A DNA stretch of 64,000 nucleotides from a virus, in the IMG/VR virus record IMGVR_UViG_3300047557_002769, positions 32,001 to 96,000 of that record, one strand, 5' to 3'. This document shows positions 19,134 through 27,834 of this stretch, piece by piece. Numbering within the stretch: position 1 is the first letter of the stretch; each line of letters begins with the position of its first letter. Both the position numbers and the translations under genes were made by a program. The notes beneath the pieces are model-generated. The model searched no databases. It had not been told where the DNA came from and saw only the letters and a list, made by a program, of their open reading frames with translations.

Positions 19134-19164
19134 AAAAAAAAGACCACAGGGGGCCCTGTGGTCT
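19134..19164 (-). terminator. Intrinsic terminator upstream of phoH
   Basis: AGACCACAGG-GCCC-CCTGTGGTCT followed by a T-run. Confidence 0.7.
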
Positions 19165-19197
19165 AGGTGGAGTTAAAAGAAAAGAATAGTTCAATAA

Positions 19198-19443
19198 TCA
19201 TTTTCTAGACAATTTATCGGAAAGATTACTCTTGTAATTAGCAGCACCAATTCTCGATAAAACCTCTCGGAAACCGTCATCCGTTCTACGGATACCTAGA
19301 CGTACCGAATCACCCATTGCAGGCGCACCCATTACAATCTCCAAATTTGGATTCTGTTCAAGGTATTCCTGCCGCGAGGAATAGGACATCAGCTTATCAA
19401 AAACTTCACCGGTTTCTTTATTTAAGAAAGTGTACGTAGGCAT
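19198..19443 (-). CDS. Conserved hypothetical protein (FmdB-like N-terminus)
   Basis: MPTYTF start; TATAAATA at 19449-19456. Confidence 0.65.
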   Translation of the reverse strand: MPTYTFLNKETGEVFDKLMSYSSRQEYLEQNPNLEIVMGAPAMGDSVRLGIRRTDDGFREVLSRIGAANYKSNLSDKLSRK

Positions 19444-19448
19444 ATTTT

Positions 19449-19456
19449 TATTTATA
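19449..19456 (-). promoter_or_regulatory. T4-type late promoter TATAAATA
   Basis: Exact consensus. Confidence 0.7.
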
Positions 19457-19985
19457 CAAACCAACTAGGAACTTCTCTTTTTTTCCAGCTTGCAAAAGAT
19501 TTTTTCGCACCTGTGTAATAATTACGGTAGCTATGGATCGCATTAGGTACTTTATATTCGTCGGGCATTGCCGGGGTAGGATCTGATAACCAGCCTTTAA
19601 TAGGAATATTATTAGGAGGAGTCTCAAACCATACCTTCATTCGCTCGGCCGAATGAACTTTATCGTACCTGTACGTATATTCTTTAAGCAACTCTACCCA
19701 GAGGGAGAATAGCCAACGGTAGTGAGTAATAGAAGCTCTTACCCAGATACCAGATGGATGCTTTACATGAGATGCTTTCCAGATATGTTGCTCCCTCTCA
19801 TCCTCAAGTAACCACCTCTGAATATTACGGTTATTAACCGTCTTACCGGTATACGGAACACCATCAAGAACACGATGCGCAGTTGACATAAGTTGCCCGT
19901 ATTCTAGTACCATCTTAACAACATGCTTATCTACATGCTGCGTAGCACAATCAGTAGGCTCATTACTTAAGAAAAAGATATTCAA
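19452..19985 (-). CDS. Pyrimidine dimer DNA glycosylase / DenV-like
   Basis: MNIFFL..DKHVVKMVLEYGQLMSTAH..HPSGIWVR..AMPDEYK. Confidence 0.7.
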   Translation of the reverse strand: MNIFFLSNEPTDCATQHVDKHVVKMVLEYGQLMSTAHRVLDGVPYTGKTVNNRNIQRWLLEDEREQHIWKASHVKHPSGIWVRASITHYRWLFSLWVELLKEYTYRYDKVHSAERMKVWFETPPNNIPIKGWLSDPTPAMPDEYKVPNAIHSYRNYYTGAKKSFASWKKREVPSWFV

Positions 19986-20176
19986 AGGGACCTCGTAAAT
20001 ACATCTTCAATCACGTAAACATTAAAAGAGACCTCTTCTTTTGTTTCACGCATAATTTTAGCTTTAGCTTCTTCAACTGCTGGTACACTTGCAAACACAC
20101 CTACATGCGTACTTTTTTTAGCGCGCCCAATTTTATCGAGAACGCTATACTCTAGATTATATACACAGCTTCTCAT
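19982..20176 (-). CDS. Hypothetical protein
   Basis: ORF track, overlapping start/stop coupling. Confidence 0.55.
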   Translation of the reverse strand: MRSCVYNLEYSVLDKIGRAKKSTHVGVFASVPAVEEAKAKIMRETKEEVSFNVYVIEDVFTRSL

Positions 20177-20451
20177 GCTGCATTAATCCCTAGAGAAGTT
20201 TCACCAGTAAGTTGCTGGTACATTTGCTCGAACTCTTCATGATCAGCAACTTCGTTAGAGAAGTTTTGCTTATGATAAGTCTTTACCAGTTTACGGAACG
20301 TTTTCTTATTAAGCTGATATTCTTCGCTGATGTTTTTAATAGCTTCACGAATAAAATCTCGCTCACCTTCAATACGAGTCAACGAACTAGAAATTTCGAC
20401 CATACAGTCTTTAATAGCCTTTCGGGCTGCGGGATCTTGCGGCAAACTCAT
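20173..20451 (-). CDS. DsbA-like dsDNA-binding protein (T4 type)
   Basis: EISSSLTRIEGERDFI..FRKLVKTYHKQNF. Confidence 0.7.
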   Translation of the reverse strand: MSLPQDPAARKAIKDCMVEISSSLTRIEGERDFIREAIKNISEEYQLNKKTFRKLVKTYHKQNFSNEVADHEEFEQMYQQLTGETSLGINAA

Positions 20452-20481
20452 TCACACCTCCAATAGTTAAACAATTATAAA

Positions 20482-20835
20482 TTAACGCCTCATCGATGCA
20501 ACATCTTTCGCTGCATCGTCGTTAAAGATAGGAACCAGATTAGACTTATGCATAGCAGCAATACCGACAATTTTATCACCGGTATATACCTTACGCTCTC
20601 CACAAGTCACCGCACCCTTAACATGCAAGTTAAGGCTAGGAACCGTAGCACTTTCTCTAACAGGGGATTTAGCATAGATAGTAGGCGCGCTAGACGTTTT
20701 AAGTTTCTTGCTTCGCGTCTTACCAGTAGGATCAATTCCGTACTTCGCACACCAAGCAGCATATTCGTCTCGCTCACGCTTAGACTTCTGCTTAGGCTTT
20801 ACCTTAGAAGAATAGTTAGTATAGATCAGACTCAT
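20482..20835 (-). CDS. Conserved hypothetical protein
   Basis: YTGDKIVGIAAMHKSNLVPIF; AAGGAG RBS. Confidence 0.7.
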   Translation of the reverse strand: MSLIYTNYSSKVKPKQKSKRERDEYAAWCAKYGIDPTGKTRSKKLKTSSAPTIYAKSPVRESATVPSLNLHVKGAVTCGERKVYTGDKIVGIAAMHKSNLVPIFNDDAAKDVASMRR

Positions 20836-20860
20836 ATCAACTCCTTAACAAAGTTAAGAC

Positions 20861-20889
20861 ATTATATAATAAAACAATTATAATTTCAA
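20861..20889 (-). promoter_or_regulatory. sigma70-type promoter TTGAAA-N17-TATAAT
   Basis: Consensus spacing upstream of ORF 20835. Confidence 0.7.
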
Positions 20890-20918
20890 GTTACGTTTGA
20901 TATTCTTTACATTATATG

Positions 20919-21003
20919 ATCTCTCTGCAGAAGAATAGCTGGTATTAACAACCCAGCTTTCTTTTTTCTTAAACCACTTGCAGAGAGATTTTAAGCTAAA
21001 GGG
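20919..21003 (-). promoter_or_regulatory. Candidate -1 frameshift signal: C CCT TTA, 7-nt spacer, 11-bp stem-loop
   Basis: Heptamer 21003-20997; stem ATCTCTCTGCA/TGCAGAGAGAT; -1 frame open to TAA at 20878-20880. Confidence 0.65.
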
Positions 21004-21455
21004 GACTCTGCCTCTTTTGAAGCTTCTTTAGGAGGTAAAGCATTAGGGTAAGCCTCCCGTACAATATCTTCTTTTAGAGACTTATACTTCTTAGAAAGAT
21101 TTCTATCCTTAGCTAGACAAATAAGTTCAGCTTCTGATACGTGAAGCCCTTCAAGCATTTCGATAAAAAGACGTTCTTTTCTAATCGGAGTAATTTTCTG
21201 GTTAGGATCTAACCAAATGTAAAAACGTCGGTACTCTAGATGCAGGGTACTTTCATGATAGCCGATAGGCTTACCTGTTTCTTTACGGAAAGGTGGCTCG
21301 CCTTCCGGTAGACTCATTTTTACGTTTTTATCAAAGTTAATCCGCATTAGAGCTCGTAAAACAGGTGACTCATACTTTTTAAGCACGGCAACTTTTTCTT
21401 GTTTTGTCTTTGCCTTTTCAAACAAATCAAGAATCTCAGATTGTAGTAATGACAT
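20991..21455 (-). CDS. Conserved T4-like hypothetical protein
   Basis: LPEGEPPF..RKERLFIEMLEGLHVSEAEL. Confidence 0.75.
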   Translation of the reverse strand: MSLLQSEILDLFEKAKTKQEKVAVLKKYESPVLRALMRINFDKNVKMSLPEGEPPFRKETGKPIGYHESTLHLEYRRFYIWLDPNQKITPIRKERLFIEMLEGLHVSEAELICLAKDRNLSKKYKSLKEDIVREAYPNALPPKEASKEAESPLA

Positions 21456-22339
21456 TAAAACTCCTCTAGATGCTCCATTAGCATCTTCATTCTGTTAGCG
21501 ATAAAATAATCCAGAATCTTACTCTTGTCATTCTTTTGGTAAGATACGAAAGTATTTATGATACTGTCTTTAATATTGGAAGGAATGCAAGTAAAGTCTA
21601 CTAGCATCTTATTACGATCAAAGTTACGCTGAAAGATCACATCGGTAGGCCTACTAGAAGGGTTATTGAACCATTCAGTAAGTTTCTTTGAAGAAACTGG
21701 TCTCTGTCTTTCACCTTTAATAAAGGCATCATCCGGTGTAAGTACATTAGGAATACCATCCCCTGTATCACCCTTAATAATATGTTCAAAGACGTAAGCG
21801 TCAGGGGTTGAATCAGGTTTAATAAACTTCTTATGAACCGGGGAGAACTGCTTTACATGCTTATATTTTTGCAGTTGAATAAAGTCATGATCACCGGAGA
21901 TAATAAGTAGAGGATTGGGTTCTGAAATTAACGTACCTTCCTTTACATCATTATCCACACTCCACTCTGCTAAAGCTGCAATTACGTCATCAGCTTCAGC
22001 GCCTTCTATCTCAATAACTTTATACGGGAATACAGCTTTAATTTCTTCCTTAATTGTATTGATACTGTCAAAGATAAGAGCCCAATTTAGACCGGATTCT
22101 TCTCTGTTCTTTTTACGATTAGCCTTATAGTATGGGAAATGCTGTTTACGCCAATACTTCTTACTGTCACAAGCAAGAACTATGTCACCGTATTCCCGTT
22201 GAAATTTTACCTTATGACTCCTAATAGTATTAAGAACCATATGGCGGAGCAAATCTACCTCAATTTCAACGTCACGTCTATTACCAAGCTCAGCCATTAG
22301 ATTAGAAATAATGGTCTGGCTATAATCAATAATAATCAC
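21455..22339 (-). CDS. rnh: T4-type RNase H (5'-3' exonuclease)
   Basis: YWRKQHFPYYKANRK..EADDVI..SGDHDFIQL..GDTGDGIPN. Confidence 0.93.
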   Translation of the reverse strand: MIIIDYSQTIISNLMAELGNRRDVEIEVDLLRHMVLNTIRSHKVKFQREYGDIVLACDSKKYWRKQHFPYYKANRKKNREESGLNWALIFDSINTIKEEIKAVFPYKVIEIEGAEADDVIAALAEWSVDNDVKEGTLISEPNPLLIISGDHDFIQLQKYKHVKQFSPVHKKFIKPDSTPDAYVFEHIIKGDTGDGIPNVLTPDDAFIKGERQRPVSSKKLTEWFNNPSSRPTDVIFQRNFDRNKMLVDFTCIPSNIKDSIINTFVSYQKNDKSKILDYFIANRMKMLMEHLEEF

Positions 22340-23409
22340 TTTATTACTCTCACAATCAAACAGTCTTCGTTAATACGACCGGTAACAGGCGACTCTTTAG
22401 TAGTCAGCTCGCTAAGAATTCTACGTAGTTGGGTTTTACCCGCATTAAGCAATTTAGTAAGAACTTCTTGTGGCTTGCGAAGCGTCTTTTGTTCACATTT
22501 CTCAGGATCGTAATTCTGCAGGCTTGTACCTTTAACCTGAATACCATCAGAAGAGTCCGAACGATACGCTGCAAGCTTTTTATACTTAGTATTATACACC
22601 CATACCTGCTCTGCCCCTACAATAGTTGTAGGATGAACAGATTTAATTTTAAGTTCAGGATCCTCGACTTTATACTTCAGCTTAGCGATCTGCACACCGG
22701 CAGGCTTTTTCTTTTTAACTCTAGGCTTACGATTTGCTTTCTTAAACTGGTCGTAAACTGTAACCGCGTCAAGCCAGGCTTTGAGAAGCTTAATAATCTT
22801 AGGAGTTTTCTTCTTTACAGCTTTAGAATAGCCTTCTGAAAAAGCGGGATCTTTATCCTCATAAAGAGTAATAAACTCTCCAGCCTTTCTCTTAATCCAT
22901 GCTTCAATAAAAGTATTATACGCTCCAGGAATAGAACGAGCTTTCATATCAGACTGCAGGTCAAGCTCTTTACCTTCTGTAATAAAAAGATCAAGAGCAT
23001 GCTCGAGCTCGCCAATATACTCCTTGGCTCTTTGCTCCGTATAATCCCTTACGGTAGGCTTATTATTAAGTACCGCAGGTGTAATTTCTCTTAACGGGGT
23101 GTTATTAAGCAAGACATCGACATACTCACCAAGCTTATTTTGATGAATAGGTTTTAGCTGGTTGCCGTTGACAACTAGCCTAGCCAACCATCCCATTACT
23201 ACTTGAATATGGGCTTCGGGTATACGGTCGAAAATTTTTAGAGGTTCGCGACCGAACTTAGCAATAACGTAATTTCGAATATAACCACGAGCTTCCTTTC
23301 TATCAACGTTCGTATGATACCAAGTAAAAGCTCTGGTAAGCGCAGAATTATAATCCACCATGGTTGGCGTAATGCCAGCCGGTTCTAGAATCTTATGCCG
23401 CAAGTTCAA
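22336..23409 (-). CDS. Conserved hypothetical protein
   Basis: 357 aa ORF; C-terminal KTLRKP..GRINEDCLI. Confidence 0.7.
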   Translation of the reverse strand: MNLRHKILEPAGITPTMVDYNSALTRAFTWYHTNVDRKEARGYIRNYVIAKFGREPLKIFDRIPEAHIQVVMGWLARLVVNGNQLKPIHQNKLGEYVDVLLNNTPLREITPAVLNNKPTVRDYTEQRAKEYIGELEHALDLFITEGKELDLQSDMKARSIPGAYNTFIEAWIKRKAGEFITLYEDKDPAFSEGYSKAVKKKTPKIIKLLKAWLDAVTVYDQFKKANRKPRVKKKKPAGVQIAKLKYKVEDPELKIKSVHPTTIVGAEQVWVYNTKYKKLAAYRSDSSDGIQVKGTSLQNYDPEKCEQKTLRKPQEVLTKLLNAGKTQLRRILSELTTKESPVTGRINEDCLIVRVIK

Positions 23410-23686
23410 ACCTCACACGAGTAATTGCATCGTAACGAAATGAACGCCATTCTTGTTTGTCAAGATCGAATACTGCACATACATCTTCATTTACTGCTTT
23501 GGTTCGATCAGTCTTTTTTTCATATGACTTTACTCTCGACTCGCTAAGAGTGCAGTGCATTTCACGAGTTGTCCCGTCTTTCTTAAGAAAGGTAACGTAA
23601 ATCGGGCCATGCTTTAGATGTTCATTAAGCCATTCCCTAAAGGAAGCTTTATCTTTATCGTCAAATTTACTGTAACTATTTTCCAT
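23393..23686 (-). CDS. WYL_2/SH3-like protein
   Basis: VTFLKKDGTTREMHCTL..VFDLDKQEWRSFR; GAGGTG RBS before 23686. Confidence 0.75.
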   Translation of the reverse strand: MENSYSKFDDKDKASFREWLNEHLKHGPIYVTFLKKDGTTREMHCTLSESRVKSYEKKTDRTKAVNEDVCAVFDLDKQEWRSFRYDAITRVRFELAA

Positions 23687-23704
23687 AATTTCACCTCTTG
23701 TCAT

Positions 23705-23732
23705 ATTATAAAAGCTTTCAAAATGAGTTCAA
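23705..23732 (-). promoter_or_regulatory. sigma70-type promoter TTGAAC-N16-TATAAT
   Basis: Intergenic; near-consensus. Confidence 0.55.
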
Positions 23733-24677
23733 CTATTTACGGAATACCTTATCCATAATCTCTTTTGGTATCTCATGAATTTTTGATCTTTGGATTCTTA
23801 CTTCGCTCGGATCCCTCTTTATACGATTATAGAATACTTTGTTCCATGTTCGTTTTTGAATAGGTTCTTCCGATTCTGGTTTAGATTCTGGTTCAAGAAA
23901 ATTTATTTCTTCTTCCGGTGCTTCAGGTGGTTTGTTACGTAGAGAAATATTAGCTGCAATCAATAGCAAAATAGCTAAAGGATCAAAGACAAATATCAAT
24001 GTAATGATGACCCATCGTACAGCTTTTTCTAATGTATTTACTTCTGGGTCGTCACCATAAATTAGTGCAGCAATATATTTTATAGGTCCGACCTCTGCTT
24101 CGACTTTTCGAAGTTCTGCTGCTTTCGGTGCTCTTTCTTCGTTAAGTCTTGCAATTGCGGATTGACTTGTTTCGATTTGCTTTGCAAGAGCTGCTCTTTC
24201 TCGTGCCTGTTGTTTTCGGATATTGACAGACTTATCGACACCGGATTCGGAGTTACCTCTGGTGAGGGCTTGGTTGACTTGTTGATCAAGTTGAATAAGC
24301 GCGGCACGAGCATCATTTATGTTGTCCCTTTCAACTTTGATTTTTTCGTCAATTATAGATAGTTTAGCTGATACTTCTCCGGTTGGCATCGCCTGGTCTA
24401 AATGGGCTTTAGAAAGATAGCCAAAAATACCCATTGAGGTAATAAGAGAAAGTATTACAACTGAACCCGTTAGATAATACTTAATGGATCTAGGTGAGAT
24501 ATCCCAATTACGGTACAGCCAAGATGCAGTGACAAGTTTGGCTAGCTCTAATACACCACCCATAACTGCAATAGAGATAGGTGCAGCTGCAAAAATAGCA
24601 ATTAAACCTACTACTGAAAAGTAAGCCGCGACCCCTGAAAGAGCCACTGCAGTAGCTAGCGTTAGAATTGAAAGCAT
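23733..24677 (-). CDS. Membrane protein with coiled-coil
   Basis: N-terminal TM helices, long coiled coil, IFVFDPLAILLLIA. Confidence 0.7.
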   Translation of the reverse strand: MLSILTLATAVALSGVAAYFSVVGLIAIFAAAPISIAVMGGVLELAKLVTASWLYRNWDISPRSIKYYLTGSVVILSLITSMGIFGYLSKAHLDQAMPTGEVSAKLSIIDEKIKVERDNINDARAALIQLDQQVNQALTRGNSESGVDKSVNIRKQQARERAALAKQIETSQSAIARLNEERAPKAAELRKVEAEVGPIKYIAALIYGDDPEVNTLEKAVRWVIITLIFVFDPLAILLLIAANISLRNKPPEAPEEEINFLEPESKPESEEPIQKRTWNKVFYNRIKRDPSEVRIQRSKIHEIPKEIMDKVFRK

Positions 24678-25078
24678 TATAGTTTAACGTGACTTTTGTG
24701 AATCTTACACTGTATCCACGAGTTATACCACTTATCTCTATCTTCTAATACACAGCGTACGAATTGCTCTTTAGCTTCTAAGTAATTAGTTGTGCCTTTA
24801 TTAGGACACAAATGGATGATTTCTCTCTTAAAGTTTTCTTTGCCTAGTTGCTCGATATCTGCTTTGAGCTCATCAGAAGACGACCAATACTCTTTCCAGT
24901 CGGATTCTGCTTTGTATCTTTTTCGGACTTTGTTGACCTGTTTCCGTTTTGTTGACCAGAAGAATTTTTTCCCAATGTATTGTCTACCAGATAGCAGATT
25001 CGTGATGATGTATACAAAACCATAATATTCTCCAGGTGTCAAGAAAGGTTCATTATTATAAAGCCATTCACTATTCAT
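24677..25078 (-). CDS. GIY-YIG family endonuclease
   Basis: GFVYIITNLLSGRQYIGKK. Confidence 0.82.
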   Translation of the reverse strand: MNSEWLYNNEPFLTPGEYYGFVYIITNLLSGRQYIGKKFFWSTKRKQVNKVRKRYKAESDWKEYWSSSDELKADIEQLGKENFKREIIHLCPNKGTTNYLEAKEQFVRCVLEDRDKWYNSWIQCKIHKSHVKL

Positions 25079-25224
25079 TCAAAGTCTTCCGTTTCATTGT
25101 CGTCATCTTCTTCTATTTGACCACCACAAAACGGACAGAAGTTTACTTCGTAGTAGGTTTCATCTAAGGAATGTTTAACTTTAAATTCAGCATCGCAACT
25201 ATCACAGTTATAGTTTCTTTGCAT
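25075..25224 (-). CDS. Small zinc-ribbon protein (49 aa), not in ORF track
   Basis: MQRNYNCDSCDAEF..FCPFCGGQIEEDDD: two CxxC plus acidic tail. Confidence 0.75.
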   Translation of the reverse strand: MQRNYNCDSCDAEFKVKHSLDETYYEVNFCPFCGGQIEEDDDNETEDFE

Positions 25225-25657
25225 CGTCGGTTTCCTTTTCTTTCTTTAACTGAGCTTCTGCAACCCTATTGCGTAGCTCCGTTGTTGAAAAGCTATGCTG
25301 TCTACTGTTAAAGTAAACTTCCATGGGAAGATTAAACCCGGTAAATTGTTTATCCTTATACTCTTCTCCGATAATTCGAACATCAATAGGATAAGAAAGC
25401 AGAATATCCATTAGTTCTTTTTCGGTAGTATAGGGTACTACTTCATTAACATATTTACACGATTGCACCTGAATAAAACGCTCAAACAAAGTCTGAACAG
25501 GTTTATTTTTCCAGGTACGATCAACAGTTGGATCAGACTGTAGACCAACAATTAGATAATCACATTGTTCTTTTGCTTCTTTAAGCATCATATTATGGCC
25601 GGCATGAAAAAGATCAAAAGTACTAGCTGTAAATCCAATACGCATATTATTCTTCAT
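25208..25657 (-). CDS. TagD-like cytidylyltransferase
   Basis: FTASTFDLFHAGH HxGH motif, RQHSFSTTELR. Confidence 0.85.
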   Translation of the reverse strand: MKNNMRIGFTASTFDLFHAGHNMMLKEAKEQCDYLIVGLQSDPTVDRTWKNKPVQTLFERFIQVQSCKYVNEVVPYTTEKELMDILLSYPIDVRIIGEEYKDKQFTGFNLPMEVYFNSRQHSFSTTELRNRVAEAQLKKEKETDDAKKL

Positions 25658-26087
25658 GTATCACCTCTACATTGCACTTTCTTAAAAATTCTACACCGTC
25701 ATTATTTCTGTAATGATTGCGATAGTATACTTTACTTATACCAGCACCGTAAATAAGCTTTGCGCACTCCATACACGGCGCATGTGTAATAAACATATCT
25801 GAATTAAGACCTGATTCAGATGACCGCGCTAGCTTTGCAATTGCATTTGCTTCAGCATGAATAACTTCAGGCTTGGTTTTTGTTGAGTATCTTGTGACTG
25901 ATCCGGTATTTTCTAAGATCATATCTTCACAATTGTTGTCCCAACCAGAAGGTGTACCGTTATAGCCAATACTTATAACTCTATTTTCTTTTACGACAAT
26001 AGCACCAACTTTAAGGCGTTTAGCTTTTGAAAGGGCAGCGTACGTTTCTGCTACTTTCATATGAGCTTTGATCATTTCAGTCTTCAT
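25647..26087 (-). CDS. cd: dCMP deaminase
   Basis: GYNGTP, HAEANAI, PCMEC. Confidence 0.92.
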   Translation of the reverse strand: MKTEMIKAHMKVAETYAALSKAKRLKVGAIVVKENRVISIGYNGTPSGWDNNCEDMILENTGSVTRYSTKTKPEVIHAEANAIAKLARSSESGLNSDMFITHAPCMECAKLIYGAGISKVYYRNHYRNNDGVEFLRKCNVEVIHEE

Positions 26088-26607
26088 TAATCAGCATGTC
26101 CCCTGATCCGGGTTTAAGCGTACCTTCTTTTTCAGCGCGTTTAAACATTCGATCTTTATCTTTTTCGGAAGCTGTAAATGCCATGCGCCCGGTCTTCTTA
26201 CCAACAATCCTAGAAATTTCACCCCAGCCATGAAACTTATGATCTGGATCATGCTTTTTATCTTCTGGAGCTTCAGGTACGATAATATCACCGCTAGCGT
26301 CTCTTACTGCATGAATACAACAAACGACAGTATCTGGAGTAAGAGCTGTGATTTCGTGCTCTCTAAATGAACGAGTTACAAAGGTTGAAACAGCTTCGTA
26401 CTCTTTTGTTTCTTCTTGAATACCGACCTCAGGAACAGCGGAAAACTTGACTCTTACCCTACCAGCTGCGACCATTGTTACATGATCATAATCATGATGA
26501 TGCCCACAGTAAGTCTGATTTGCCTCGGTAAATCGCATCTCCTTAACATAGATGTTATGCTGGAAGATATGATTAACTTCCATTTTTAAGTTTTCATTCT
26601 TATTCAT
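26077..26607 (-). CDS. Cupin-fold protein
   Basis: GHHHDYDHVT..HEITAL..CIHA. Confidence 0.65.
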   Translation of the reverse strand: MNKNENLKMEVNHIFQHNIYVKEMRFTEANQTYCGHHHDYDHVTMVAAGRVRVKFSAVPEVGIQEETKEYEAVSTFVTRSFREHEITALTPDTVVCCIHAVRDASGDIIVPEAPEDKKHDPDHKFHGWGEISRIVGKKTGRMAFTASEKDKDRMFKRAEKEGTLKPGSGDMLINED

Positions 26608-27605
26608 GCTTTACCCCAGACATCATCCCAGCTACCAGACAAGGCACCCTTAGCATAGTCCGTTGCGCGGTTCTCAAAGAAGTTGGTATGCGTTGGTGCA
26701 TTGATCATTTCTTCAACCCAGGGGAGCGGATTTTTCTTAACCTTCATAATTCCCTTAAGGCCCATGCTGAGAAGGCGACGATCAGCAATATAGCGGATAT
26801 ACTGTTTAACGTCACCACTGTCCAGATTAGCCATAGGACCCATAGCAAATGCCAGGTCAATAAACCGATCTTCGAGTTCCACCATTTTTTCAGCAATTGT
26901 ATACAGCTTTGCTTTAAGCTCATCGTTCCAGATCTCCGGATTTTCTTTTATATATTCCTTAAAGAGCTTAATCATATTTTCTGTATGCTGAGTCTCATCA
27001 ACGATAGACCAGGTAATGATCTGCCCCATACCTTTCATTTTACCATGACGAGGAAAGTTAAGCAGCATGATAAAGGAGCTAAACAACTGCATACCTTCGG
27101 TAAAGGCAGAAAACACAGCGATATGAGTAGCAGTAGACTCAATAGTTCCATTCTTACTAGAAACTTCTAGTACATAGTCATGCTTGTCTTTCATCTCCTG
27201 ATATTCTAGAAACTCGCTATAGGTAGTCTCGGGCATACCTAGCGTTTCAATAAGATGAGAGTAGGCGGCAATATGAAGCGCTTCACGAGCAGCAAAGCCC
27301 AGTAGCATCATACGTACTTCTGGCTGAGGAAAATAAGGTAGATAGTTCTTTACATATCCCCCGGCTACGTCAATATCACCCTGAGTAAAGAAACGGAAGA
27401 TATGGGTTAGGAACTTCTTTTCATTTTCAGCTAGCTTCTTCCAATCTTTTACATCTTCTACCATTGGAACTTCGGTATGAAGCCAATGACTTTGTTCGTG
27501 CTTTAACCAGGCGTCGTATGCCCAGGGGTATTGAAACGGTTTAAAGTAGCTACGCTCGTCCATAAGCGTAAGAGAATTAGCTTTTTTGATCATTGGCTTA
27601 CCCAT
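26604..27605 (-). CDS. nrdB: Ribonucleotide reductase class Ia beta subunit
   Basis: FFTQGD, EALH, EGMQLFSSF, DETQH, NFFENR. Confidence 0.96.
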   Translation of the reverse strand: MGKPMIKKANSLTLMDERSYFKPFQYPWAYDAWLKHEQSHWLHTEVPMVEDVKDWKKLAENEKKFLTHIFRFFTQGDIDVAGGYVKNYLPYFPQPEVRMMLLGFAAREALHIAAYSHLIETLGMPETTYSEFLEYQEMKDKHDYVLEVSSKNGTIESTATHIAVFSAFTEGMQLFSSFIMLLNFPRHGKMKGMGQIITWSIVDETQHTENMIKLFKEYIKENPEIWNDELKAKLYTIAEKMVELEDRFIDLAFAMGPMANLDSGDVKQYIRYIADRRLLSMGLKGIMKVKKNPLPWVEEMINAPTHTNFFENRATDYAKGALSGSWDDVWGKA

Positions 27606-27832
27606 TGTTGAAGAACGGTTGATGTTACAGCTCCAGAAATACGTTTAATTTCAGTATTACCTTCTAACAAAACCATAGTAGGAACTGAACGAATACCGAA
27701 GTCCTGAGCAATTTCAGGGTTTACATCAATATCAACAATCTCAATAGGAATGTTTAAGTTTGTATTTTCAATAGTTTTAGCAAGTGCTTTACAAGGCTGG
27801 CACCAGTCAGCAGTGAATCTAATAATTCTCAT
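27590..27832 (-). CDS. Thioredoxin
   Basis: WCQPC, IRSVPT. Confidence 0.88.
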   Translation of the reverse strand: MRIIRFTADWCQPCKALAKTIENTNLNIPIEIVDIDVNPEIAQDFGIRSVPTMVLLEGNTEIKRISGAVTSTVLQQWVSQ

Positions 27833-27834
27833 TT

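Noticed and set aside
19123-19194. N-terminal extension of PhoH in the ORF track
   Set aside because: Runs through a terminator hairpin; the RBS supports the start at 19122
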